The notes under the pieces: model-generated
Database searches by the model: none
What the model saw: only the letters and a program-made list of their open reading frames with translations
What the model was told of the DNA's origin: nothing
Assembly: GCA_964016885.1 (NCBI GenBank)
Contig: OZ024742.1
Span: 112,778,001 to 112,842,000, forward strand
Reading direction: 5' to 3'
From: Eledone cirrhosa
Lineage: Eukaryota
DNA length: 64,000 bases
Program-made: the position numbers and the translations under genes
In this document: in pieces, positions 27,847 to 40,270 of the stretch
Position numbering within the stretch: the first letter of the stretch is position 1
Layout of the letters: every line of letters begins with the position of its first letter

Positions 27847-27848
<2 letters not shown>
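23891..27848 (-). mobile_element. Dong/R4 family B, full-length, disabled
   Basis: ~160-nt leader, ATG at 27686, ORF pieces 26427-27686, 25629-26378, 24568-25476, 24252-24620, 24035-24229; (TAA)n on both sides. Confidence 0.93.
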
Positions 27849-27883
<35 letters not shown>

Positions 27884-30800
27884 GGCGATCTACTTAGTAA
27901 ATCGTATTATCGTGAGCTCCGCAAAGATTTGTTATTCTCAGTTGTTTAAAAATGCCATTATTGGAAAATATTTATGGTTAAATTTATATAAGTGCACATA
28001 CATTGTTTTCTGAAAAGGACACTCAAAAAGATTGGGGCCTTGAGCCCAAAATTTAAACTTTCATAATTATTAAACAAAAGAAAAATGTCTTTGAAAAATC
28101 ATGGCCGACTCACAGCTGAACCCAGTAGCTGAGAGCCTTCGTCACAAACAAACACCTCACACCGACACCACCATTGTAAATATTACTACGTTTGCCAACA
28201 CTAAAAATATAAGCAGTAGCAATATTTAAATTTGTCTCAGGCAGACATTCATTTGCCGCCATTATCAATGACTGCAGGTGTTGAAGCCGCCACCCACCAC
28301 CACCACCACAGCGACAACAGAACCAAAAGGAAGACATAAATTATCTCGTGATATCGAAACGACTTCAGCCAAAATATACTCTTCCACACCAAGATAATCG
28401 AAATAGCGAAAGAAAAGCAGAAGAACAGGTCCGGATCTGGGATGGAGCTCCTGATCCAAGCGGACTAAAAAAGCATTGAGGAGATCCCAGAGGTAATAGA
28501 CCTCACTGACGGCAGCCACCTCACCGTAATCGTCGAGGGAAGAAGGCCTAGGTGTGTCGTTTGTGGTGAAGGAACCCACCTAATGGCTTTCTGCCCTCCG
28601 GCTAACAGGTTGAGGCCACCTCCCTTACCCACCCCAGTGAGTCAACCATCAACACCACCAGCAGCATAAATGGCAGCAACAACTATAGCAGCAACAACAG
28701 TATCAACTGGAACAGCAACAAAACCCAGCAACAGAAGCCAAACCAACACCACCACCACCCAACGCCCCAGAACTAGCACCAGCGCCTACACCATCCATCA
28801 CGCCACAACCAAAACCAACGCCTGTGGAGGATTTTCCACTCCCTGACCTATCACAATTGGAGACAGATTGTTACGACGAGGAGTGGGAAACGGTATCAGG
28901 AAATGAGAAAAAAAGAAACCCAAAAAGAAAAATTCTCTTCCCTCCCCCTCCAAAAACAAAATACAGAAGGTAACAAATAAACTATCAAACAAAAAAGTTA
29001 GGACAGATATGCCACCATCCACACCAGCCTCACCAACCCCATCACCACAAACACCAACACCATCACCATCATTAACCCCAACACCACCATCACCAACACC
29101 ACAAAAGTCACCAAAAAGCGTAACAGAAACAAACCCACAACAAACGCAAACAAAACAAAACAACCAAAACGATACACACTACACAGCATTACATTTGAAC
29201 AACAACCAATTATTACACTACATCCAACACAACACCAGCATCACAGAAAAAAACTACACAACAACCCAAAAGTTTACACCACCTCCACACATACAAATCA
29301 CTGGCATCACACAGAAAACGTACACGACACTAAAACAAAAATTCCCCAAAGACATCGGAGACTTCCGACAAACACTCTGCAGGAGGATTTATAAGGACAT
29401 CCTTCCAGAGGAGGCCACTACATCTATGTTTAGTGCCCTCAGGTCACTAAACATAGATGTAGTGGCCATCAGCGAGATCAAAATCTCCGAGGCACTGGCC
29501 GTCTCACCGATCTTCGGAGGCTACGATGTGTACGCATCTCCCAGCCGTCTGGAATCAGAGGGGGGGGGGGTCGCTGTGCTTTTTCGGGGAGGTTTTGATC
29601 TTGGCATACGGGCCATCTTCCCGAACCCAGAAGGTAAGTTGGTTGAGCTAGACATGACCAGCGGCGACGAGCAAGCCTTCAGTCTAGTGGCCGTCTATGC
29701 CCCGACAGGAGCAGGGCGGCCTGATTTCTGCCGGCGTCTGGAGACCTTTTTTGGAACGTCCCGCTCTTTAGTGTTAGTGGGCGACTGGAACGGGATCTTA
29801 GATGCTCGCTGGGACTGTGTGGGATTAGCGGATAGGGGTGGAGGGTGCAAGAGCCTCACCAACCTGCTCAGGCGTTTTGAACTGTCTGACAGGTACCGAT
29901 TGGATTTCACGAACGTGCCAATGTGGACTTGGACAAATCGCATAGTGTCATCCAGATCATATCTAGATAGAGTATTTTGTAGGGAAATAGATAGGTCTAG
30001 CATAGGCTGTCCACAATTCAAGATTAGTCAGCTACGCGGACCACAAATTCGGGATCTGTGTGCTTGACGTAGATAGGCTTCATAGACAAGGACCTGGTAC
30101 TGGAAGCTAAACGCGTCCTTACCAGCGCGCAAGGCCTACAGAGACAGGATTAGCAAACTAGTTAAGCGGGCATTGACGGGGGCCATCGTCAACAATAAGT
30201 GGTGGTTTGCTCTGAAAAGAGCAATTGAACAGAGTCCATTAGGTTTAGTAAGGCTTTAGCAATATAGAAAAATAGAACAGAGGGAGAATTAGTTAGAACA
30301 TTAGGCGAGGCGCTTAGCAAAGGCATCGCGACCGACGTACTTGCGGCGAAATTGGCCCTTGACCAATTCTTCAATGCAAATCACGAAGGCTGCGTTGTCA
30401 GAGCTAGGGTGCGTGCTCTCAGACACGAGGGAACGAAAACCGTTGAATGGGCCCGAGTGGCGGAGGCGCGTCGTGGCAACAAAGCCACTATCCGTTCTTT
30501 GGTGGTCCACGATGGGCACATGCTACTCGATCCCGGGAAAATATGTGAAGCTTTTCAGCGACAATTCGCTCAGTTTTTCGGGGGAAGCGGCGGGCCGGAT
30601 CGAGGGATGGACTTTAATGTCTACCTTTACGGACTGCCTCGGCTCTCGGCCACTGAGGCGGTGTGTTGCGAAAAGCCGATAACAGCCGCTGAAGTACGGG
30701 AAGCAATGACTAGCTGCACAAGGGGTGAATCGCCTGGTTTGGATGGTCTACCCTATGACCTTTACGGACAGCTGCCAGACTTGTTCGGAGGCCTCTTGGC

Positions 30801-32868
30801 GGACGTCTACTGCAACTGGCAACATAACGAGAGAATTTCCAGCTCTGTGAGCCGAGGAGCTGTGGCGCTGCTGAGAAAGCATCCGAATAAGGATGATAAC
30901 ATAGATAATTTTAGGCCCATAAATTTTCTAAACACAGAGTTCAAGATTTTGGCCAAAGAGGTTGGCGTTTGTCGTTGGTGGTCTGGTGGGAGAGGCGCAA
31001 CCTTCACCTCATCGATACATCGTAGAGAGGTTAGCTAAGGGAACCTGGGCGGGTGGGTCCTTGATCAATTTAGATCAGTCGAAAGCTTTCGATAGGGTCG
31101 ACCATCGTTACTTAGCCGTAGTCCTGAGTGCGGCTGGCTTTGGCCCGTCTTCAGAGGCTGGATCGCTGCCATGCACAGCACATCTGCTCTGTGGTGAGAG
31201 TGAACGGTCACCTTTCGGAACCGTTCAACATCATGCGCTCGGTCCGCGAAGGATGTCCTCTCTCGTCCCTCTTGTACGTATTGACTCTCGAGCCATTACT
31301 GCACAAACTGGAGACGTTGAGGGGGGGTCCCGCGCGAACTAGGATACGGAAGATCCGTGTCAGCATATGCGGACGTTGTCACCGTAGTGGTGTCGAACGC
31401 CAAACACATCGAGGCGATCCGCACTACACTAAGAGAATACGGTGGCAGGAGCAAAGATCAACCAGGAAATGTCAGTGGGCCTGCGCTCGGCACCTGGAGA
31501 GGCAGTTCCATGCCTTCCAATAGCGTGTCGGGCGCTGGACGGGCGGACCAGTTAAATTGTCTGGTTCGGTCCGGATCTCCAGACGGACAAATACTGGGAC
31601 GACGTACGAGCAGGGTGGCTTCTTTCATCCAGAAATGGGCGGAGAGGAAGCTATCCCTGAAAGGTCGAGCGGAGATTGCTAACGCGTATATCGCGTCCGT
31701 CATCTACAACCGCCTGACCGTCGTACCTTGTCCTAAGACCCGCCTGACTGTGCTGGAGCGTTTTCTCTTTCGCTTTTTGTGGAAGGGACGCGCTCCGATG
31801 GTCAGGCGATCCATCTGCTGTCAACAGCTGCTACGTGGAGGGCTGGGAATGCCGTGGCTGATGATGCGTAGACACGCGCTCAGGCTACAACATCTCCACC
31901 TCATTCTCGACGGTGATAAGGTGTGGTCTCCGTTTGCTAGACGCGTCTTTCCCCAGCTCGTCTCCTTGACGGAGCTGCAGTCCTGGGTCAAGCGAAGACC
32001 GAGCGCTTGGAGACTGGAATGTCTTCAGGCACACAGCCCTCAACCAATCGAGCAACGTGATCGGTGGAAAATCAACTAGCCAATCTCTTCGGAGGAACTT
32101 TCGGGCCGGGCCTCTGGACAACTTCCAGAAATCCCTGGCCTGGCAGTGCTACCGCGGAGCTGTGCCAGTTCGGGATAAACTCTACAGGAATGGAGGTGCC
32201 GTCAGCCGGGCATTTAAGAGATGCGCGCAGGGCGACGAAACCGTCCTGCATGCAATCGTCAGTGTCCGAGCATTGCTGACTTGTGGGCTTATGTCGAACA
32301 CCGTGTAGGACTGATCCAGCTATCAGCTGGGTCCATCGTGAGGATTTCCCCGCCCTCTTCCTTTAGTCGGGAAGGGCAGGCAGTTTTTATCTGCCTGGTG
32401 GCCATGGCGAAAGAGATAGTATGGTGGACACGTTCGAAAGGGCTGAAGACGAGCACTTACCTCTTCGGTGATGCCCTGATTAACTTTTTCAAATTTCATT
32501 TTAAAGGAAAATCAGAGTAGAGAGGGAAGTGTTCTCTTCCCCCCACTTTGTTGAAAGATGGGTGAGAGAAGCAAGAATGGCCCGATTGAATGGGCCTACT
32601 CTGAGTATGTGTCTGTAAATTAAAGGTGGAAAACTGGGAGAGGGCACTTGCCTTGGTGGTCAGAGTCATTGTGGCTTTTTAATGGGCTTTCTCCACGAAT
32701 GTCCCTCGGAAGTCTCCCCCCTATTGGGGAATTTTTTCATTGTTCTATTATTACATCCTCTGTATCTTGTTTTTTGCACTCAGAAATGCCCATTTGTTCC
32801 GCCCTGTATTGTCATGTACTGTCCTTAATGTCTACTTTATGTAAACCCTTGTGGTTAATAACGAAATC
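27884..32868 (+). mobile_element. Tx1 copy 2, both ends intact, internally deleted and frameshifted
   Basis: Collinear with 17923-23838; deletions near 28392, 29420 and 32070; (ATT)n on both sides. Confidence 0.93.
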
Positions 32869-32906
32869 ATTATTATTAGTATTATTGATATTTTTGTTAT
32901 TGTTAT

Positions 32907-32943
<37 letters not shown>

Positions 32944-32967
32944 TGTAGTAGTAGTAGCAGCAGCAGC

Positions 32968-33008
<41 letters not shown>

Positions 33009-33027
33009 CAGTAGCAGTAGCAGCAGC

Positions 33028-33071
<44 letters not shown>

Positions 33072-33090
33072 TAGTAGTTGCAGTGGTGAC
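32869..33090. repeat. Compound (TTA)n to (GTA)n/(GCA)n microsatellite
   Basis: Direct reading. Confidence 0.95.
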
Positions 33091-33267
33091 AGCAGCACCA
33101 GATTTCATAGTATTGCCTGTTATCAATGATCAATGCACTGGAGTGGACAATTGTGTGTGCCTTGGATAGAAGTAGTTGTGTTTTTTTTTATGTTATTCCA
33201 ATTGTATTGAGATTACTCTTCATAATATGTGTACAGCTCCTCGTATTGTTTATTTATGAATATATAT

Positions 33268-33300
<33 letters not shown>

Positions 33301-33303
<3 letters not shown>

Positions 33304-33825
33304 GGAAAAGAATGAAATGAAACTTCATTTCTCACTCTTAGTACAGCTGATACTTATATATAAGTATGTATACGTACATACATATATGTATACAGACGTA
33401 GAGTAGTATGTATATATATACGTACATGCACACATATATATATATGTACGTATAGGTTTACCGAACATTTATAATAATGTTCGGTTTGTCTGTAAACAAA
33501 CAGCCCGTATTAAGCCGTACATTGTTCGGCAACCATGGTTGACCTTTTGTTCAACACTGACAAAGGAATGATGAACTAGTTTCAATCGTATTAACTATCG
33601 TCAGCAGCTAGATGTTAGATGATTGAACATTTAAAAGTATATACTTTCCTTATGCATATTAACGGCTGAGCAGCCTAATTTGTATATCGAGGGAGTAAGT
33701 TGGCCGGGCTTACCGAAAACGATAAATGGAAAATAATGAAATGAAATTTCATTTCTCACTTTTGGTACGGCTGATACTTATAAGTATGTATACGTCTGTA
33801 TACATATATGTATGTACGTACATAT
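33301..33825 (-). mobile_element. Short non-coding repeat unit (~425 bp plus partial tandem copy) between (TA)n tracts; probable PLE pseudo-LTR
   Basis: 33301-33367 recurs at 33725-33788; 33358-33495 recurs inverted at 35680-35818; contains a minimal hammerhead-like motif at 33570-33608. Confidence 0.5.
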
Positions 33826-33847
33826 ATATATATATATATGTAGGTAC

Positions 33848-33878
<31 letters not shown>

Positions 33879-33990
33879 GGAACCAGTAAGACCCCGACAG
33901 CTGAGCTCAAGCCGTTTCGACGGCTAATTCTGGACTAAATGAAAATTTATCCTGGTATTTAAATAGCCGATCTTCTCAAGGGGTAATTCC
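33879..33990 (-). ncRNA. Type I hammerhead ribozyme, U3-A8 core variant
   Basis: ACCCC-UUGAGAA-stem II-GAAA-CGGC(UUGAGCUCA)GCU-GUC^GGGGU; predicted cleavage between 33896 and 33895. Confidence 0.75.
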
Positions 33991-35402
33991 ATATATGGTC
34001 AAAGTGATTGTCAAAAATCAGTAGTAATTTTGTGGTTGCAAATTAGTAGGGGAGATGGTGGCTAAACCTGCCAGTAGGAGAAAGAGGGGAGGGGGTGGAG
34101 TAGACCCAATCAAGCGTTGGTAGTGCCAGCTACAGCTGGGCATGAGGTCAAAGAAGATACAGGGGAGGGGGAGGGGGAGGAAGTCGGAACGGTAGGTAGA
34201 ACAATGGGGGGTAGAAATAGGAAAGAAAAAAAAAAAAAAAAAAATACTGAGAGTGAAGAAAGGCAAATAAGTGTAAAGAAAAGTAAAGTAAATTAAATTC
34301 TATGACCTAGGTGTCAGGCTATTGTTAGGCGAGAATAAAATAAAGAAAGAAAGAAAGAAGTAAAAAAATAAATAAATGAATAAATAAGGAAATAAGTAAG
34401 AGAACTAGGTGGGACGGTTAAGGCAAGGACCCTTTTAAGAGGTATAAGTACGTAAATGATACGGTGACGGGTCAACAAAAGGGGCCAAAATACTAAAGAG
34501 ACTACCACGAAATAAACAATAAAGGTTTCCATCCCGGGCCAGCAACGACCCAGTGCAGCAAAGTGAACTTGTACGAGATAATAATTCTGAGTCCCGAGAA
34601 AAATATATACTAATGCTAACTCTAAAAGATCTAAAACAAGCTACATGAAAGTTCGTACGAAATAAAGGTAGAATACGGAGAAATAAATTCAGAATCCACC
34701 CCGCCCAGAAGAAGAGCGAAGCAAGAAATACTGAAACGAAAAAATAAGGCATGTGCCACTAAGAAATATAGAGGGCACAGAGAATAGTGGGAGCGGTCGG
34801 AAAAAGGGGGAAAGTATCCGGGGTCTAAGCCAGCTGCTATAAAGGGCGGAGTCCGCCAAATCTATCAAAGACTAGGGGAGGGGGGTGGGGGTACTAAGGC
34901 TACATGGGGCCAAAGGGCAGCCTCGGGTGGGCGAGAAAAGACGCCGACAAAGGAGAAGAGCTGGGGTAGAAGGACAAAGAGGAGAGGGGGGAAGGAAATA
35001 AAGGAAGCGATAAAAGAATACAAAGAAGATCTTACGTCTTCCTTGGCAAGCAGGGGTTACCTATTGCAAAATCGGCAACTGGGGTGTTATAGCCCTAGTC
35101 TACCCCCCCGGGTCATTATGGGGTTTGAGGGCGAGGTAAGTCCTACGCAATCTATGTTTACATGCAGTAACCAGTTCATCTTTCTTGTTTAGGAGTTGGT
35201 CCGTCGAAAACAGCATTTGTAAAGTTTCCTCCGAGCATAAATTGCACGGACGGCGTCCTCCCGTGTAAGAATTGGCTCTGGACAGTAATCTCCAAGTGAG
35301 ATCATAGGTGATGTTGTTGTCCTTGAGGTCCCCACCATCTCCCCTACCAATTTGCAACCACAGAATTACTACTGATTTTTGACAATCACTTTGACCATAT
35401 AT

Positions 35403-35514
35403 GGAATTACCCCTTGAGAAGATCGGCTATTTAAATACCAGGATAAATTTTCATTTAGTCCAGAATTAGCCGTCGAAACGGCTTGAGCACAGCTGTCGGG
35501 GTCTTACTGGTTCC
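35403..35514 (+). ncRNA. Type I hammerhead ribozyme, U3-A8 core variant
   Basis: Stem I 35409-13/35498-502, core 35414-20, stem II 35421-29/35467-74, GAAA 35475-78, stem III 35478-82/35492-96, GUC^ at 35497. Confidence 0.75.
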
Positions 35515-35593
35515 TATTACCCACTCTACTACCTCAAGTATTGAGTACTTTGGTGCGTTATGGTCCACCTGGTTCCTTACCACATTTCCTTCG

Positions 35594-35657
<64 letters not shown>

Positions 35658-35812
35658 GTATGGGTTTACCGAACATTTATTACAGACAAACCGAGCATTA
35701 TAATAAATTTTCGGTAAACCCATACGTACATATATATATATATGTGTGCATGTATGTATATATATACATACTACTGTACGTCTGTATACATATATGTATG
35801 TTCGTATACATA

Positions 35813-36170
<358 letters not shown>

Positions 36171-36969
36171 TTGAAAGGTTTATGCATTTGTCTGTGTGTA
36201 GGTTTATCACTCCCAGGTCACCAAATATTGTGATGATTGTTTATGTTTTCGTAATACACTGTCGAGATATTTATTTCCACAGCTCTTTATATATGAATAA
36301 CATTTCCTTTTTATTGATTGATATATAGTCGTCTGGGTGGACGATTGGAACACATTATTTTCTTTTGTCGTCTTTCACTGTAATAAACGATCGGTTACAT
36401 TTGTTATCCCTATCTCTGTATTGGTATATGCTAGTGTACGATAGCTCTGAAACTCTTTAACACCTTTGTTTCTCGTATATGTAAAAAACCTTTTATTCTG
36501 TTGATATTTCGAAGTATTGGCCTAATATCTGTTTATATATGTTTATGAGTATCTTTTTTACTATTTCTGTTGAAGTTTTTTCTTTTCCTTTTTTATTCTA
36601 TTTTTATGTATTGGAGAGTGAATAATAACAATATTATAATAATATCAAAGTATTATTAATATTTGGCTGGTTTGCAATCAAACAGCCTCATAAACACTAT
36701 ATGTTAGATGATCAAATTCATCCTTTTTTTCTAGCGGTAGCTGAAAAAATAAAATCGACAATTGTTTCAGACTTTTGGGTCTCTATCGAGATTGTGTATT
36801 ATCGATATAGTTATCCATTCTCAAATGTATAGAACGGCTGATTGGTCTCATTTGCATACTGGGCGACCTTACGGCCGGCTTTTGGATAACTAAATGTATT
36901 CGCGAGTAAATAAAAATAGCAATGTTATAATAATATCAACATTTTATTAATATTTCGTTAAAATCCTCC

Positions 36970-37800
36970 TTGAAAATACTTCGTTTGGTGCGAACTTCGC
37001 CAAGAATATCTTCACAAGATGACAATTTTGTTCCTCAATTCTCCATGATATGGACCAGCATTTCCTTGATGCAATCTGTTACACCCTTAAGGTTGAGGCT
37101 TCCTTTAATCAAGAGTGGGGGACTCTGCTGGAGGCTTTCTTGTAATCTATGTATGCTATTGCCCAATTCCTTCGTTCATAATCTCTTTATCAATCAAAAA
37201 CCAGTCATTTGTTACCCTGGACCCTCTGCGACATCTTGTCTGCTCATGTGTGAGGGGATTCACCTCTTTGAAATGTTTGTATATCTTATTCCCAAGAATT
37301 ACAGTCAACAGTGTCAACATTTCGGCAGTCACGCTACTGGTCGGTAATTGATTGCTACATTTCCCTTCGCTTTGTTCTTCACTATCAGGATTATTCGAGA
37401 TATGGTCATCCAATTCTTTACATATCCCATTTGCAAGCTTTTGCTGAAGCGCTTTGCTATCCTATCATACATGCTGCTCATTTCTCTTACAAAAGTCCTG
37501 GAATCCTGTTAGTGCCAGGTTCCTTCCAGTTTGCCATTCCTGTAACAAAATGCGTGACATCACCAGATTAAATGCTGATATTATCTTCTGGCACTTTCTT
37601 GTTTAGTTGATGTCCTACTATTTGAAGCCAATCTGTCTCATTAATATGAGATGATATTCCCAAGATGTTGTTCCAAAATCCAATCGCCTTAATTGGATCA
37701 GAAATAGTATTCCCCGTTTTACATTTACCATAGAGTTCTTTATAAAACCGAGAAGGTTTGATAGAATTGCTGCTATTGATTTTCACAATTCCGCATCTTC
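36970..37800 (-). mobile_element. Old decayed Dong/R4-like RT fragment
   Basis: EQTRCRRGSRVTNDWFLIDKEIM and RFYKEL..FWNNI in minus-strand ORFs. Confidence 0.7.
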
Positions 37801-37997
37801 AAACTGCACCGTTTTTATTTTATATTAAATTGACTAATCGCTAAAATATAGCCTAGAGCTTCAAGATCATATTTTCTTGTTCAACGTCGCTCTTCCTTTA
37901 GAGGTCAGATAATAATAGTAATAGAAATTATAACAAAAATAACAATAATAACAGCAACAACAGCTACAACAACAATAATAATAACATTTTTTCTACT

Positions 37998-38113
37998 TTT
38001 GGCACAAGGCTAGTAATTTGAAGGGAGAGAGAAAGGTGATTATATCGACCCCAGTACGTTACTGGTGTTTTTTTTTATCTACGCCATAAGCATAAACGGG
38101 AAAGTTGACCTCT
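37998..38113 (-). mobile_element. CORE-type SINE 3' part
   Basis: TTTGGCACAAGGC...ATCGACCCCAGTAC..ACTGGT...AAAGTTGACCTC, as in 2664-2836. Confidence 0.65.
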
Positions 38114-38129
38114 ATGGATGACACTATAG

Positions 38130-39295
38130 ATGAGGATACTTCGACTCATGAACATATAGATCAGACAAATCTAACAAAACAATGATCATAGAAAGAAAAC
38201 CATTACTAATGTTGAGAGACGATGCAGAATGAACAACAACCAGAAAAAAACACACACAGCAACTAGAAATCAGGCTGTAAAGCAATAATTGAAGGGATGT
38301 AACCTGATATATCAGAATTAAATGGGAATATGTATGCCGCGGCAACGATAATCGAAGAGGACACAGCATTCAAGATAAACATCCTAGAATATACAAATTA
38401 ACAGAAATAAATTGAAATGATGAGTGGAGTAATATCGATCCTGGAAAAAATAGGTGCTGGGAAAATCGTCAAGTGAAGAAAAGGAAGAGAAGTGTGAGAG
38501 AAATCTAAAATAACTTTATAATCTGATATTCCTTCAACCCAAGAAATTCACATAACATAAAATACAGCTGAAAGCTCAGAGAATCATATTTGGAAAGCGA
38601 AAAAGCTTTTACAGGTAAAATAAACAGTTTATAGAAGATGCAAAAATGACTTAAAAGGAAATTGAGATACACACATTTCAAGTAAAGGAAACTCCTTTAA
38701 TTCATGAAATAGAATAATTCTAGATGTTATGGAGTCCAGACATGCTTCATAATGTGAATGCATAATGGATAACGAATATGGAATACAAGAATATTTTAGA
38801 AAAGCCGACTTGGCATTTCATAACTATGGAGTAACTGGAGTTGGCTCAAAAGAAAGACAACAAATGGAAATCCCCTGGGTCGATGAAATAAAGTACCAGT
38901 AATGTACTGGATAATTGCTGGCCTTGGGCCCAACGTCGAAACAATTAATATAGTGTCAATGTTCTGGATATTTTTTTCTAACTGCTACCCATGAAAGGTT
39001 GATAAAATGTTATAACGAATATATACAGCAAAACCATAAATCACCTGATGTATATAGATGACCGGAAGCAGTTTGCCAAACTGGAAATTTAATTAGAAGT
39101 ACTGCTGAAGAAAATTAAGGTATTAGGAAAATGCGCGAAAGCAATAGACAATAAAAGCAGAATGACACGCATACATGGAAATAGATGTGAATTCAGTGAT
39201 TAGGAAATTAGAAGAGGAACAAACTTACTAATATCTAGGGATCAATGAAGACCAAGGTATTCGGGACGCCAGGAAGGAAGAAAGATTCAGTTAGG
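38130..39295 (+). mobile_element. Old decayed Dong/R4 (family B-like) fragments interrupted by a SINE piece at ~38876-38935
   Basis: NKWKSP, INHLMYIDD and YLGINED remnants. Confidence 0.6.
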
Positions 39296-39311
39296 AATGC
39301 TAACTGAGTGT

Positions 39312-40270
39312 ATTGCTGATGACATCAATAATAATAAAATGAAAGAATTGATGAGATCGGAATACATAAGGAGAGTAAGGAACATACTAAAATCATATCT
39401 AAATAGTAGGAATGTCATAATTGCAGTAAATTCCCGAGCTGTGTCTATTATTTGGTACAGCACGGGAATTCTGAAATGGAATGTTACTGAACAAGAAGAA
39501 ATTGAAAGAAAGACTAGCAAACTAATGATGACCTACAGCATGTCCCAGAAGAGGGGTGATGTTGACAGATTCTTCTTAAAGAATTTTGAAGGTGGAAGAG
39601 GCATTATCAGTATAGAAGACTGTGTTCAGATGGAGAAGAGCAGACTTCACAAATATGTGTCTGAGAGTAGGGAGCCAATGCCCAAAATTGTACTGAAAGA
39701 CTAGAAAAGGGACAATGGGATGTCTAATAAGGAGGTAACAACAAAGAGGAAGAGCAACCTTCAGGAAAAATCTCAACATAGCACATTCTTTAAGAAAACA
39801 GAATTCAAAACGGAACAATTTATTACATTCTGAGAAGTTGTGATAAAAAAACGATGAAATTAAGATGTTATGGGATTTCAGGATACATACAAACAAGAAA
39901 TGAGAAAGCAATAGCCCTGAAATGGTTGTTTTTGACAAGGAAAGAATATCGTGCCTAATTATAGATGTAGCCTGCCCGTTTGACACAAAGAGTGCAAGAA
40001 AATGGGGAGAACATTTACAAGCATTTGCGACTGTCATGATATCAAGGTCATACCGATTTCCATAGGTGCACTAGGTACTATATCGAAGGGTTTTCAAACA
40101 TGGTTAAAGAACATTGGTCCACCCCCTTTTTTGGGAACACGTCAAAGGGCATGATTGCTGGGAACAACTAGAACCCTCCGATACGTCCTGAATATCTGAG
40201 GCTGAAGGTAGCCGCTTGATGTTCATTTGAACACACTTTCCAGTTAAATAACATCAGTGACTGAGACTCC
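39312..40270 (+). mobile_element. Older family A-like Dong 3' part with deletions
   Basis: ORF 39297-39704 (AVNSRAVSII..EGGRGIISIEDCVQME) and the family A 3' UTR. Confidence 0.85.

Larger units (their letters stand above)
33879..35594 (-). mobile_element. 5'-truncated Penelope-like element with an inverted terminal copy, inserted in (TA)n
   Basis: 35100-35331 encodes LKDNNITYDLTWRLL..CNLCSEE..LLNKKDEL..CKH (PLE C terminus); 33879-34061 is an inverted repeat of 35332-35514. Confidence 0.88.

Noticed and set aside
10809-32900. CRISPR-like or telomeric array interpretation of repeat-spacer alternation
   Set aside because: Spacers are LINE copies and the repeats are TTA microsatellites, not TTAGGG or CRISPR direct repeats; no cas genes.
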